A DNA stretch of 33,829 nt. Origin: Macrostomum lignano. Lineage: Eukaryota. A program made the translations under genes and the position numbers. The notes beneath the pieces are model-generated. The model saw only the letters and a program-made list of their open reading frames with translations, was not told where the DNA came from and searched no databases. This document shows positions 25,721 through 33,829 of this stretch, in pieces (the stretch's first letter is position 1; the number at the start of each line of letters is the position of its first letter). Where the stretch lies: contig NIVC01004834.1 in NCBI GenBank assembly GCA_002269645.1, positions 1 to 33,829 of the forward strand, in the 5' to 3' direction.

Positions 25721-28700
25721 CTGAAATGCCGCCCGGGTAGGTAGACAGATTAGAAGGCAATTGGTAGGCAGAAAGGTAGGTACGTAGATAGGTAGGTAGA
25801 GAGATAGACAGATTGATAGGTAGGTGGGTAGGTAGGTAGGTAGGTAGGTAGGTAGGTAGGTAGGTAGGTAGGTAGGTATGTAGGTAGGTAGGTAGGTAGG
25901 TAGGTAGGTAGGTAGGTAGGTAGGTAGGTAGGTAGGTAGGTAGGTAGGAACGTAAGTAAATTGGTAGGTAGGTAGGTAGGAAGTTTTCTAGATATGTAGG
26001 TCAGTAGGTAGGTAGAGAGATTGATAGGTAGTGCGTAGGCAGGTACGTTAGCAGAAGTACTCTATAATAAAGGGTCGAAAAAACAGAAACAAACCCCTGG
26101 ATGGGGGCAGCACATTCCGGCCAAACTGTCCGCTGTAGTTGCCGGGTGGGCGGTACCGGCCAACAACATAGACCCGGCCGGATTTGGACACCGCCCGGCC
26201 GAAACCGACCTCGGTTGAAGATCGCCAGACCAGCTGGGTAAAATGGCCTGCGATGCGGGATCACATCGAGTCAGCGTTGTGCTAGATGGTCCAGCAGTTG
26301 GTGTTCACATCTCTAAACTGTCACATCCTCAAACTGTCACATCCTCAAACTGTCACATCCTCAAACTGTCACATCCTCAAACTGTCACATCCTCAAACTG
26401 TCACATCCTCAAACTGTCACATCCTCAAACTGTCACATCCTCAAACTGTCACATCCTCAAACTGTCACATCCTCAAACTGTCACATCCTCAAACTGTCAC
26501 ATCCTCAAACTGTCACATCCTCAAACTGTCACATCCTCAAACTGTCACATCCTCAAACTGTCACATCCTCAAACTGTCACATCCTCAAACTGTCACATCC
26601 TCAAACTGTCACATCCTCAAACTGTCACATCCTCAAACTGTCACATCCTCAAACTGTCACATCCTCAAACTGTCACATCCTCAAACTGTCACATCCTCAA
26701 ACTGTCACATCCTCAAACTGTCACATCCTCAAACTGTCACATCCTCAAACTGTCACATCCCCAAACTGTCACATCCTCAAACATTTTCATTCCTAAACTC
26801 TTCGGCCATTTGCTCACCGCAGGCCAGCTGATCCTCGCCTGTCCACTTGTACTGATCAATTTCGTGGTACCACAACTCGGAAAACAGATCGCCTTTAAAG
26901 AGAATTGCCGAGCAAGAAGAAGAAGATTAGCATTGCAGGATCCAAGGTGCAAAAATGATATTTTCAAAACGGGAGCATTACCTGGAAAATTAGTGAATCC
27001 TTTTCTAAACTTCATAGCCACATTCTCGCCCAGTCCGAGCGAGCTGCATTTGGGATCGTGCGCCATCTTGTCCTTGCCGGCCAGGACCTCCGCCCAGGCC
27101 TGGGCCAGCCTGGACAGCTCAGGGTTCAGGCGCAGCGGCGGCGACCGGTGCAACGCTCGGAACTCGTTGTGCGACACCAACAGCTGGTTCTCGAATTTCT
27201 TCTGGCTGAAGATCTGAGGGTCGGATGAATTTAGATAGCAAATTTCTGCTTTGGTGTCTATAAAAATCAGTCTACACATATGTTGAGATTATGTGGCAGA
27301 GCAGCGCGGTGGCAACCGCGTCTGACTCTCTCGCTACGAACCCGTGGTTCGATTCCGCGCAACCACATTCATTTGGGGCTTGTGTGTGCACGAAAATTGG
27401 CCCAGGGGGTTTGTCATGTCATTCAAAACCATGAGGGCCAACACCCCAAGGCACAGAGACTGTATATGCCTGACGATTAGAAAGTCAGTGCCGCTGTACA
27501 CCCTGTGTGAGCTGTGTGTGTGAGAGCATGTCTGCCCTCAGGAGTACAGCGGAACGGGCAGAATTGCCTTACCCGGGTTTCACGTAACAGCAACAACAGC
27601 GTTACGGGATGTGCCTTGGGGCCTGGTAGTTACAAGTAAATGTGTACTTTTGAAGGGAGTGGGAATGCAGGTGCAAATTCAGGTGACCCGCAGAGTCAGC
27701 CCGCCATAGGAGGCAATAAGGCCTGTCTGATTTCGTTGACACCTGAGCATGCATACGGATAAGTACGGAGGCACACTCTCGCACAGGATGTAAGAGCTGC
27801 CCTGACTCTTTCATCGTTATTTTAGGCACTAGTTCTGTGTCAGTCTGCTGTTCACATGAATCCGGTGTTCTAAAACTGTATTAAAGCAAAACAACTGAGC
27901 TGAGCTGCTCACTTTCTCATCGGATTTTGTCTCCTCCTTTTTCTCCGGCGCTCGCACGTGGCTCTGCTGCAGTGTCTGGCGAAGCAGCAGCGCCGCCACC
28001 GGACTCGAGGCCGCTTTGCCGCCGCCACCATCGGCGCTGCGCTGCGGCACAAAGTCGGTCAGGTTGCGCATTGCGGCGCTCCCTCCGCCCCCTCCGGCGC
28101 CGGTGCTGAACGTCACCGAGCGACGTTTCGCGGCGCCAAAGTCGCGCATCGCGAACGAAATCGGCGACGGCATCATCATTGGCTCCTTGACGATCTCTTC
28201 GCCGGCTGCTTTCACCACTGGAGAGAGATATTGGGCAGCAGTGACAGGTGCTTTATTCTGTTTAGTTGAACACAAATCTGTTAGCTACTAATTAGTAGTC
28301 TATATTGGACACGAACAGACATGTAAAAGTACATTTATTTATAGAAAAGTTTACAATCGATAATGATACTGGTGCTTGAATCTGTGCAATGGTAGACATG
28401 TGCATTGCATATAGTATATGCAGCACAGATGTCATTACTCCATGCTACTTATTTTACGCTAATGCAAAGATAAGGAGGCCGGCTGGATAGATAATAAAGA
28501 TTGAAAAGCAGTCACGTGATGAAATTTCTAAATTGGGTAAATATTGGGGAGCGGCTGGTGGAATAAGGGTGAAAACTAATTGCTTTTGTGCCTGGGTGGT
28601 TTTGTCTTGGAAAATAGAATTTAGAATAGAATATCGATTGACCATTCTAAATCATATTTTAGGACACTCTACTGAACTTAAGCGACTCGTCTCTCACGTG

Positions 28701-29671
28701 CATCCTTATCTCTCCCAGTCTTCTCTCAGACCGTCTTCCATCACTTATCTAATGTACACTTATTCGCGATCGACTGATTATCAATCAATGTACATTAGAC
28801 CCGCCCACACTCAAGATGGAGTGTAAATCTTTCTAACCCTCCTCGTATCTTATCCATTTTTAATTGATTACGTTGCCCGTCCTGGATTAGCCTTTTTATT
28901 AATAACCAACCCTCCAGCTTGTCAAGTATGAAGTTGCAATGCGGCCAGCATCGCTCACCATCATCAGCGCTTGGTAGAACATTCTTTCTAAATTCTCCTT
29001 TATAGTTGCCAGGCGGTCTGTAGCGGCCTACAACGTACACTCGGCCGGTGTCGGACACGGCCCGGCCGAAACCGACCTCTGTAGTGGACTTCCAGACTAG
29101 CTGGGTGAAATGGCCTGCCAATGATTATCAAATTGATGGGATGGAGAACTCCTTTGTAGATACGCTTAGCAACACTCAGCTGTGGGTTATGCGATTTGTG
29201 CGTCACAAGGCCTAGATTATTGGCCGGTGAGGAGAGAGTGAAGAGATTGAAGCTTGCAGTTAGAATTCTCAGTCCTCATTAACTGGTTTGGGGTTGGAAA
29301 TCTTAACATATTACTGTTTGTTTCTTCTTCTAGAAGCTCAGCAGAAAGCAATAGTTTTGCCTACCGCACTCGGGTTGCATCTCGTTGCTGTTCCAATCGT
29401 ACGAGTCGATCTCTTCGTACCACATGTCCGTGAATACGTCGCCTGGTAGGGTTTTACAGGGCATATGATAGCGTAGTTGCGTTTTAGTTAACAATTGACT
29501 ACTTATAATTAAGTTCGCTGACGTTTTACAGCAATGGCTATATAGAGAATACAGGTCATATATTTAGAGCTGCGAGAGTATAAAACATTTTAAAATGCAG
29601 TTTTTCCCTCAGTCAATGTTTGTCTGAAGCATCAAATTGGCTTCTCAAAGAAGAAAAATTAAAGAGAGAGA

Positions 29672-29745
<74 letters not shown>

Positions 29746-32700
29746 GTGGGAGAGGGAGAGGGAGAGAGAGAGGGAGATGGAGAGGGAGAGGGAGAGGGAG
29801 AGGGAGAGGGAGAGGGAGAGGGAGAGGGAGAGGGAGAGGGAGAGGGAGAGGGAGAGGGAGAGGGAGAGGGAGAGGGAGAGGAGAGGAAGAGGGAGAGGGA
29901 GAGGGAGAAGGGAGAGGGAGAGGGAGAGGTATACTCAGCAACATTGAAAAGTCGCCACTCTATGCGCCAGTGAGCAATTTCTCTTGGACTATTCTGAAAT
30001 AAAAGATACGAGAAAACTGATCGGGGTAGCTTTAATCCGTCCAACCCTCGCACACCGCTCGCCCACCACTTCATTCCTCAACTCAAGTCTGCCGCGGCTT
30101 AGCTGAGTTGCGTCACTCGCAAAGATTGAGAGACTTTACCCGCACTCGCAAAAGTGGCGACCACAGACAGAATCTTCTGTGATTGCGACGCTTCGATGTT
30201 GCTGAGTATATAAAGAGATATAGAGATAGAGTAGAGAAAAAGAGAGAGAAAGAGCAAAGAGCTTACCTGGGAAGTTAGTCTCTCCAATGCGGAACTTCAT
30301 AGCGATATTCTCTCCGGTGTTATTACTTGAGCAGTTGGGATCGTGCGCCATCTTGTCCCGCATCGCTAACACGTCTGCCCAGTCCTGGGCCAGCCTGTTC
30401 AGCTGGGGATTAAGCCGTAGCGGGCCGGCCTTGTGCTGGGCCCGGTACTCGTTGTGCGAGACCAGCATTTGGGTGACGAATTTGCGCATATTGAAAGCCT
30501 GTTTGTTGATTTGTATAATGTTTGCTTTTTCGCATTTTTAGCTATTAGACTAGAAATCTTTGAGGTGCCGCAGGTCGTACGAGTATGAAAACATATTTGT
30601 AAAAAACTGTGATTGCATCGGATTATGCGGCAGGGCATAAAGGCGGAAATCTTCCATCCCCTGGGGGGGACCGAGTGCTAGTCCACCTATAGTAAACCTT
30701 CAATCTTCTATTATAAATTAAAAACCAATATGGCAAAGCATACCGGAACTGCCTCCTCCTCTAGATCTTCAGCTGAGGGTCTTTTCTGCCGAGTGTGCGA
30801 GCCGCCCAGCGTCTGGTGCAGGATGTTGGCGGTCAGGGGCCCCTTGGCGCCGCCTCCGTCAGATTTTCCCGACAGAGCGCCAAACAGCGACTTAGACGAG
30901 GCAGGCTCTGAATTGGCCGGGCCCTGAGCTTTTGACTTCAAGGAGCCAAACAAAGACATTGCGATACAGGCGCCGAGGCAGTAGGGCCAGCCGAAGACTT
31001 GGCACCAAGAGCGCCGAACAAAGACTTAGTAGATGGGGCGGGCTCCTCATTAGTCGCTGTTGATAGCGGGGCTTCTGGTGCGGAGCTCGGAGATGACTTG
31101 ACGGCAGGAGGCGTCGGCACTCGTTTGGCGGGCTCTCGGTCTGACGACGGCTCTCGCTCCGCCTTCGGCGACCGAGGCGCAAGTGGAGCAGCAGCTTCTC
31201 CTTTCCTGTTTTCAGCTGCTATGCCGGACACCCGCGATGCTCGATAGTCTGTTTGTAACAGAGGGATGAGCAAGCCAGTAAAATGCAAGATTTACACGCC
31301 GCTACCTACTTGCTAGGGGTGAGAATTTCCTTAGTGCTAGCAGAGATGTCTTATGAGCGGCAACTCACTCAAAGCAAACTCACTCCCAGAGGCCCGAGCT
31401 CTGGACACGCGCGGCAAAACGTTTCTTGGAAATTCTCCGGGATTATTTCCCATCGGGCGGTAGCGGCCAACAATGTAGACGCAGCCGGACATGGAGATGG
31501 CTCTGCCGAAGCCGGCCTCGCGACTGGCGCGCCAGACCACTTGGGCAAAATGACCTGCGGTTTTCGGAATCGATCGGTGAGCGCCATTCAATGTAGCGAG
31601 TCTTTTCTCACTCTGCGCGACTGTCAGCAAGTTTTTGCTCTTAGGTTTTTCAAATATTTAACTTACTGCATTCGAACTGATCTTCTAAGCTTCGCCAATT
31701 GAAATTGTGCACTTCAGCGTACCAGGTGTCCACGAACTCTTGAGCTGATTATGTACCGGATGAGCACATTAAAAAGTTATCAATGGACACTTGCCATAGA
31801 AAAAATTTGAAAAATGTTTTGCAATACATTATGTACTGTAGGATACTCTGACAATGGGTATGAGTATCTCAGTCAGAAGCTACCGCAGTAGAAGGCTTAA
31901 GAGGGTTTTAGCCTAGCAGTGGGGTTGTAGCCTAGCAGAGGGGTTGTAGCCTAGCAGGGGGTTGTAGCCTAGCAGGGGGGTTGTAGCCTAGCAGGGGGGT
32001 TGTAGCCTAGCAGGGGGTTGTAGCCTAGCAGGGGGGTTGTAGCCTAGCAGGGGGTTGTAGCCTAGCAGGGGGTTGTAGCCTAGCAGGGGGGTTGTAGCCT
32101 AGCAGGGGGTTGTAGCCTAGCAGGGGGGTTGTAGCCTAGCAGGGGGGTTGTAGCCTAGCAGGGGGGTTGTAGCCTAGCAGGGGGGTTGTAGCCTAGCAGG
32201 GGGTTGTAGCCTAGCAGGGGGGTTGTAGCCTAGCAGGGGGTTGTAGCCTAGCAGGGGGTTGTAGCCTAGCAGGGGGTTGTAGCCTAGTAAGGGAGTTGTA
32301 GCCTAGCAAGGGGGTTGTGGCCTAGCAAGGGGGTTGTAGCCTAGCAAGGGGGTTGTAGCCTAGCAGGGGGGTTGTAGCCTAGAAAGGGGTTGTAGGTAGT
32401 AAGGGGGTTGTAGCCTAGTGGTTAGAGCGTCAGACTCACGACTTGAAGGTCGGGGGTTCGATTCTTGATCCAACTGGAACAATTTGTGTCCTTGAGCAAG
32501 ACAACTAACTCTGCATTGCTTCAGTTCACCCAGCTGTAAATGGGTGCCAGCATTAGCTGGGGTAATTGAGGGTGTGTGTGGCGACCCCCCATTCCTTGGA
32601 CTGAACAGCCGTACGCAGCCTTCAGATGCGCCGCGCAATAGCTGTGGCTGAGCTGTCGGTTGCACATCTGCCCAATAGGGCAGGTGTAATCAATTATTGT

Positions 32701-33823
32701 TATTATTATTTTTAACTCAGTAGCAATCCCTCTCGCGTTGACAATAATTTGGGACTGATATATCAAATTTGGCCTGGTCGCGTGTCGTGCGACTTCCAAC
32801 CATGAAGGCCTATTTTTAAGAGTGCGCGCCTGCCTGACAATGGGACACTGTAGACCAGGGGCCCTCGGGTCCTTTGAAACTTCACAATAGCAGTCCGGCC
32901 CGCCTAAGGTTTGTGCCTCTTCTCAGCGCTCTCAGCCTTCTCTCCTCAGCCTTCTCTTATCTCTCCTATCTCTCTCTTATTCAATATCTCCCTTCTTCTC
33001 ATCTCTCTTCCTCCTTTCCCTTCTTTCCTCTACTTTGTCTCATCTCCCTTCTCTCATCTCCCTTCTCTCATCTCCCTTCTCTCATCTCCCTTCTCTCATC
33101 TCCCTTCTCTCATCTCCCTCTCTCATCTCCCTTCTCTCATCTCCCTTCTCTCATCTCCCTTCTCTTATCTCCCTCTCTCATCTCCTTTCTCTCATCTCCT
33201 TTCTCTCATCTCCCTTCTCTCATCTCCCTTCTCTCTTTTCCATTCTCTATCTCCCTTCTCTCATCTCCCCTCTCTCACTCCTTCTCTCATCTCCCTTCTC
33301 TCATCTCCCTTCTCTCTTTCCATTCTCTCATTCCCTTCTCTCATCTCCCTTCTCTTCTCTACCTTCTCTCCTCTCCCTTATCTCATCTCCCTTCTATTCT
33401 CTTTGCGCTCTTCTCTTCTCCTCTATTCTCTCTTTTTGTCCCTTCCTCTGGTCCGCAGTCATGCGCTGGCCATCTAACCATTTAGGTAAAAAATCAAGCC
33501 AAACCCTGCTGTAAACCCTGTGCTTGCTCAAAGGTCAGCTGCTTGCCGCCTCGGCTTGTTGCTCAATTGTCGCCAAAGCCTTCTTAACCTGTCACTTCCC
33601 ATGGCCAATGTCGCACTTTCTGGCCACGTTCTCGCCCAATGCCAGCTGCGTCGCATTTCAAATCGTAGGCCAGCGAGTCTCGCTTTGCTAGGCAGCTCCG
33701 CCCAGGCTTGCGCTTGCCGGGTCAGCTCCTCCGCTGAACCGCAGGCGGCGGCGACTGGTGCAGCGATCGGTACTCGTTGTGCGCAGCCAGCATCTGGGCA
33801 GCGAACTTGCGCGTGGTTGCATT
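25431..33823 (-). CDS. Multi-domain CAP/SCP-TAPS protein, GAPR-1/GLIPR2-like, with at least 3 CAP domains and low-complexity linkers; 5'-partial, >=835 aa (gene span)
   Basis: Exons: 33589-33823, 31667-31744, 31384-31554, 30744-31248, 30267-30498, 29365-29442, 28959-29114, 27913-28217, 26982-27213, 26818-26892, 26095-26247, 25431-25720. HNE[YF]R, GEN[IV]A, WYxE, [GS]HF[TA]QxVW and GRYRPxGN each recur three times. The acceptor ctgcag at 33824-33829 implies further upstream exons. Confidence 0.88.
25770..26050. repeat. (TAGG)n microsatellite with degenerate flanks (last intron of the CAP gene)
   Basis: Near-perfect core at ~25828-25948. Confidence 0.95.
26095..26247 (-). CDS. CAP domain 3, exon C
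   Basis: cgcag|GHFTQLVWRSSTEVGFGRAVSKSGRVYVVGRYRPPGNYSGQFGRNVLPPSR G|gtttgt; hand-translated. Confidence 0.88.
26313..26781. repeat. Minisatellite, 16-bp unit CTCAAACTGTCACATC, ~29 nearly identical copies
   Basis: Period 16; gives the 16-aa periodic spurious ORFs (SSNCHILKLSHPQTVT). Confidence 0.98.
26818..26892 (-). CDS. CAP domain 3, exon B
   Basis: ttaaag|GDLFSELWYHEIDQYKWTGEDQLAC G|gtgagc; 75 nt. Confidence 0.88.
26982..27213 (-). CDS. CAP domain 3, exon A
   Basis: cctcag|IFSQKKFENQLLVSHNEFR...KMAHDPKC...GENVAMKF...FP G|gtaatg; 232 nt. Confidence 0.9.
27293..27602 (+). mobile_element. Possible second tRNA-derived SINE (single copy in window)
   Basis: A-box-like tggcagagcagcgcggtggc, cgcgtctgact (D/anticodon arm-like), perfect B box GGTTCGATTCC at 27346-27356, and an (AAC/AGC)n-like 3' end near 27585-27600. 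There is no second copy to define boundaries. Confidence 0.4.
27913..28217 (-). CDS. CAP gene linker exon 2
   Basis: ctccag|VVKAAGEE...KRRSVTFS...LRQTLQQSH...DEK|gtgagc; phase 1 to 0. Confidence 0.8.
28959..29114 (-). CDS. CAP domain 2, exon C
   Basis: ggcag|GHFTQLVWKSTTEVGFGRAVSDTGRVYVVGRYRPPGNYKGEFRKNVLPSADD G|gtgagc. Confidence 0.9.
29365..29442 (-). CDS. CAP domain 2, exon B
   Basis: taccag|GDVFTDMWYEEIDSYDWNSNEMQPEC G|gtaggc; 78 nt. Confidence 0.88.
29662..29930. repeat. Compound (GA)n plus (GGGAGA)n purine microsatellite
   Basis: Direct inspection. Confidence 0.96.
30267..30498 (-). CDS. CAP domain 2, exon A
   Basis: aacag|AFNMRKFVTQMLVSHNEYR...KMAHDPNC...GENIAMKF...FP G|gtaagc; 232 nt. 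Confidence 0.9.
30744..31248 (-). CDS. CAP gene linker exon 1 (one apparent 1-nt deletion near 30960)
   Basis: aacag|NYRASRV...KSLFGAL..., frame switch, MSLFGSL...KSLFGAL...EEEAVP|gtatgc. 505 nt needs +1 for phase 1 to 0. Confidence 0.75.
31384..31554 (-). CDS. CAP domain 1, exon C
   Basis: ccgcag|SHFAQVVWRASREAGFGRA...GRYRPMGNNPGEFPRNVLP...G A|gtgagt; 171 nt. Confidence 0.88.
31667..31744 (-). CDS. CAP domain 1, exon B
   Basis: aatcag|AQEFVDTWYAEVHNFNWRSLEDQFEC A|gtaagt; 78 nt. Confidence 0.88.
31903..32419 (+). repeat. Minisatellite, 19-20-bp unit GGGG(G)TTGTAGCCTAGCAG, ~26 copies, contiguous with the SINE head
   Basis: The unit equals the first ~16 nt of the tRNA-like head (GGGGT[CT]GTAGCCTAG). 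Confidence 0.95.
32404..32710 (+). mobile_element. tRNA-derived CORE-like SINE (copy 2), in a CAP gene intron
   Basis: About 9 differences from copy 1 over ~295 nt by eye; same tRNA head, body and (TAT)n tail. Confidence 0.85.
32935..33435. repeat. Polypyrimidine minisatellite, 14-bp unit CTCATCTCCCTTCT, with degenerate flanks
   Basis: CTCA at 33067, 33081 and onward. Confidence 0.92.
33589..33823 (-). CDS. CAP domain 1, exon A (five single-base indels relative to its paralogous exons)
   Basis: ctgcag|NATTRKFAAQMLAAHNEYRSLHQSPP...AQAWAE...GENVARK..., donor G|gttaag. 235 nt versus 232 in the two paralogous exons. Confidence 0.8.
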
Positions 33824-33829
33824 CTGCAG

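Noticed and set aside
30652-30686. Helitron 3' end (TCCCC-TGG-GGGGA hairpin followed by CTAG-T)
   Set aside because: The hairpin is very short, no matching 5' TC terminus or second copy is identifiable, and it is compatible with chance.
31833-31891. Structured ncRNA hairpin (GATACTC/GAGTATC stem)
   Set aside because: A 7-bp stem with imperfect outer pairing and no promoter or family motif; insufficient evidence.

Overview
This is eukaryotic (metazoan) genomic DNA with GC-rich exons and short introns packed with minisatellites. A free-living flatworm such as Macrostomum is my inference from this style, not a confirmed assignment. Two multi-exon genes lie head-to-tail on the minus strand, separated by a ~5.7 kb (ACTA)n array. 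(1) 18968->259: an 18-exon class C GPCR of about 2820 aa, with a signal peptide, FIVE tandem mGluR-type Venus-flytrap (VFT/ANF_receptor) domains and a 7tm_3 domain. Each VFT is followed by a 3-cysteine mini-linker instead of the nine-cysteine domain. All introns are GT-AG and phase-compatible once two single-base homopolymer indels in exon 4 are corrected. (2) >33823->25431: a GAPR-1/GLIPR2-like (group-2 VAL-type) protein with at least three CAP/SCP domains, built by tandem duplication of a four-exon cassette; its 5' end is outside the window. Also present: two ~97% identical tRNA-derived CORE-like SINEs, one with its 5' tRNA head amplified into a minisatellite; a possible second SINE family; and about 20 distinct tandem-repeat arrays. 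Exon coordinates were derived by hand from splice signals and reading-frame continuity; no database search was possible.
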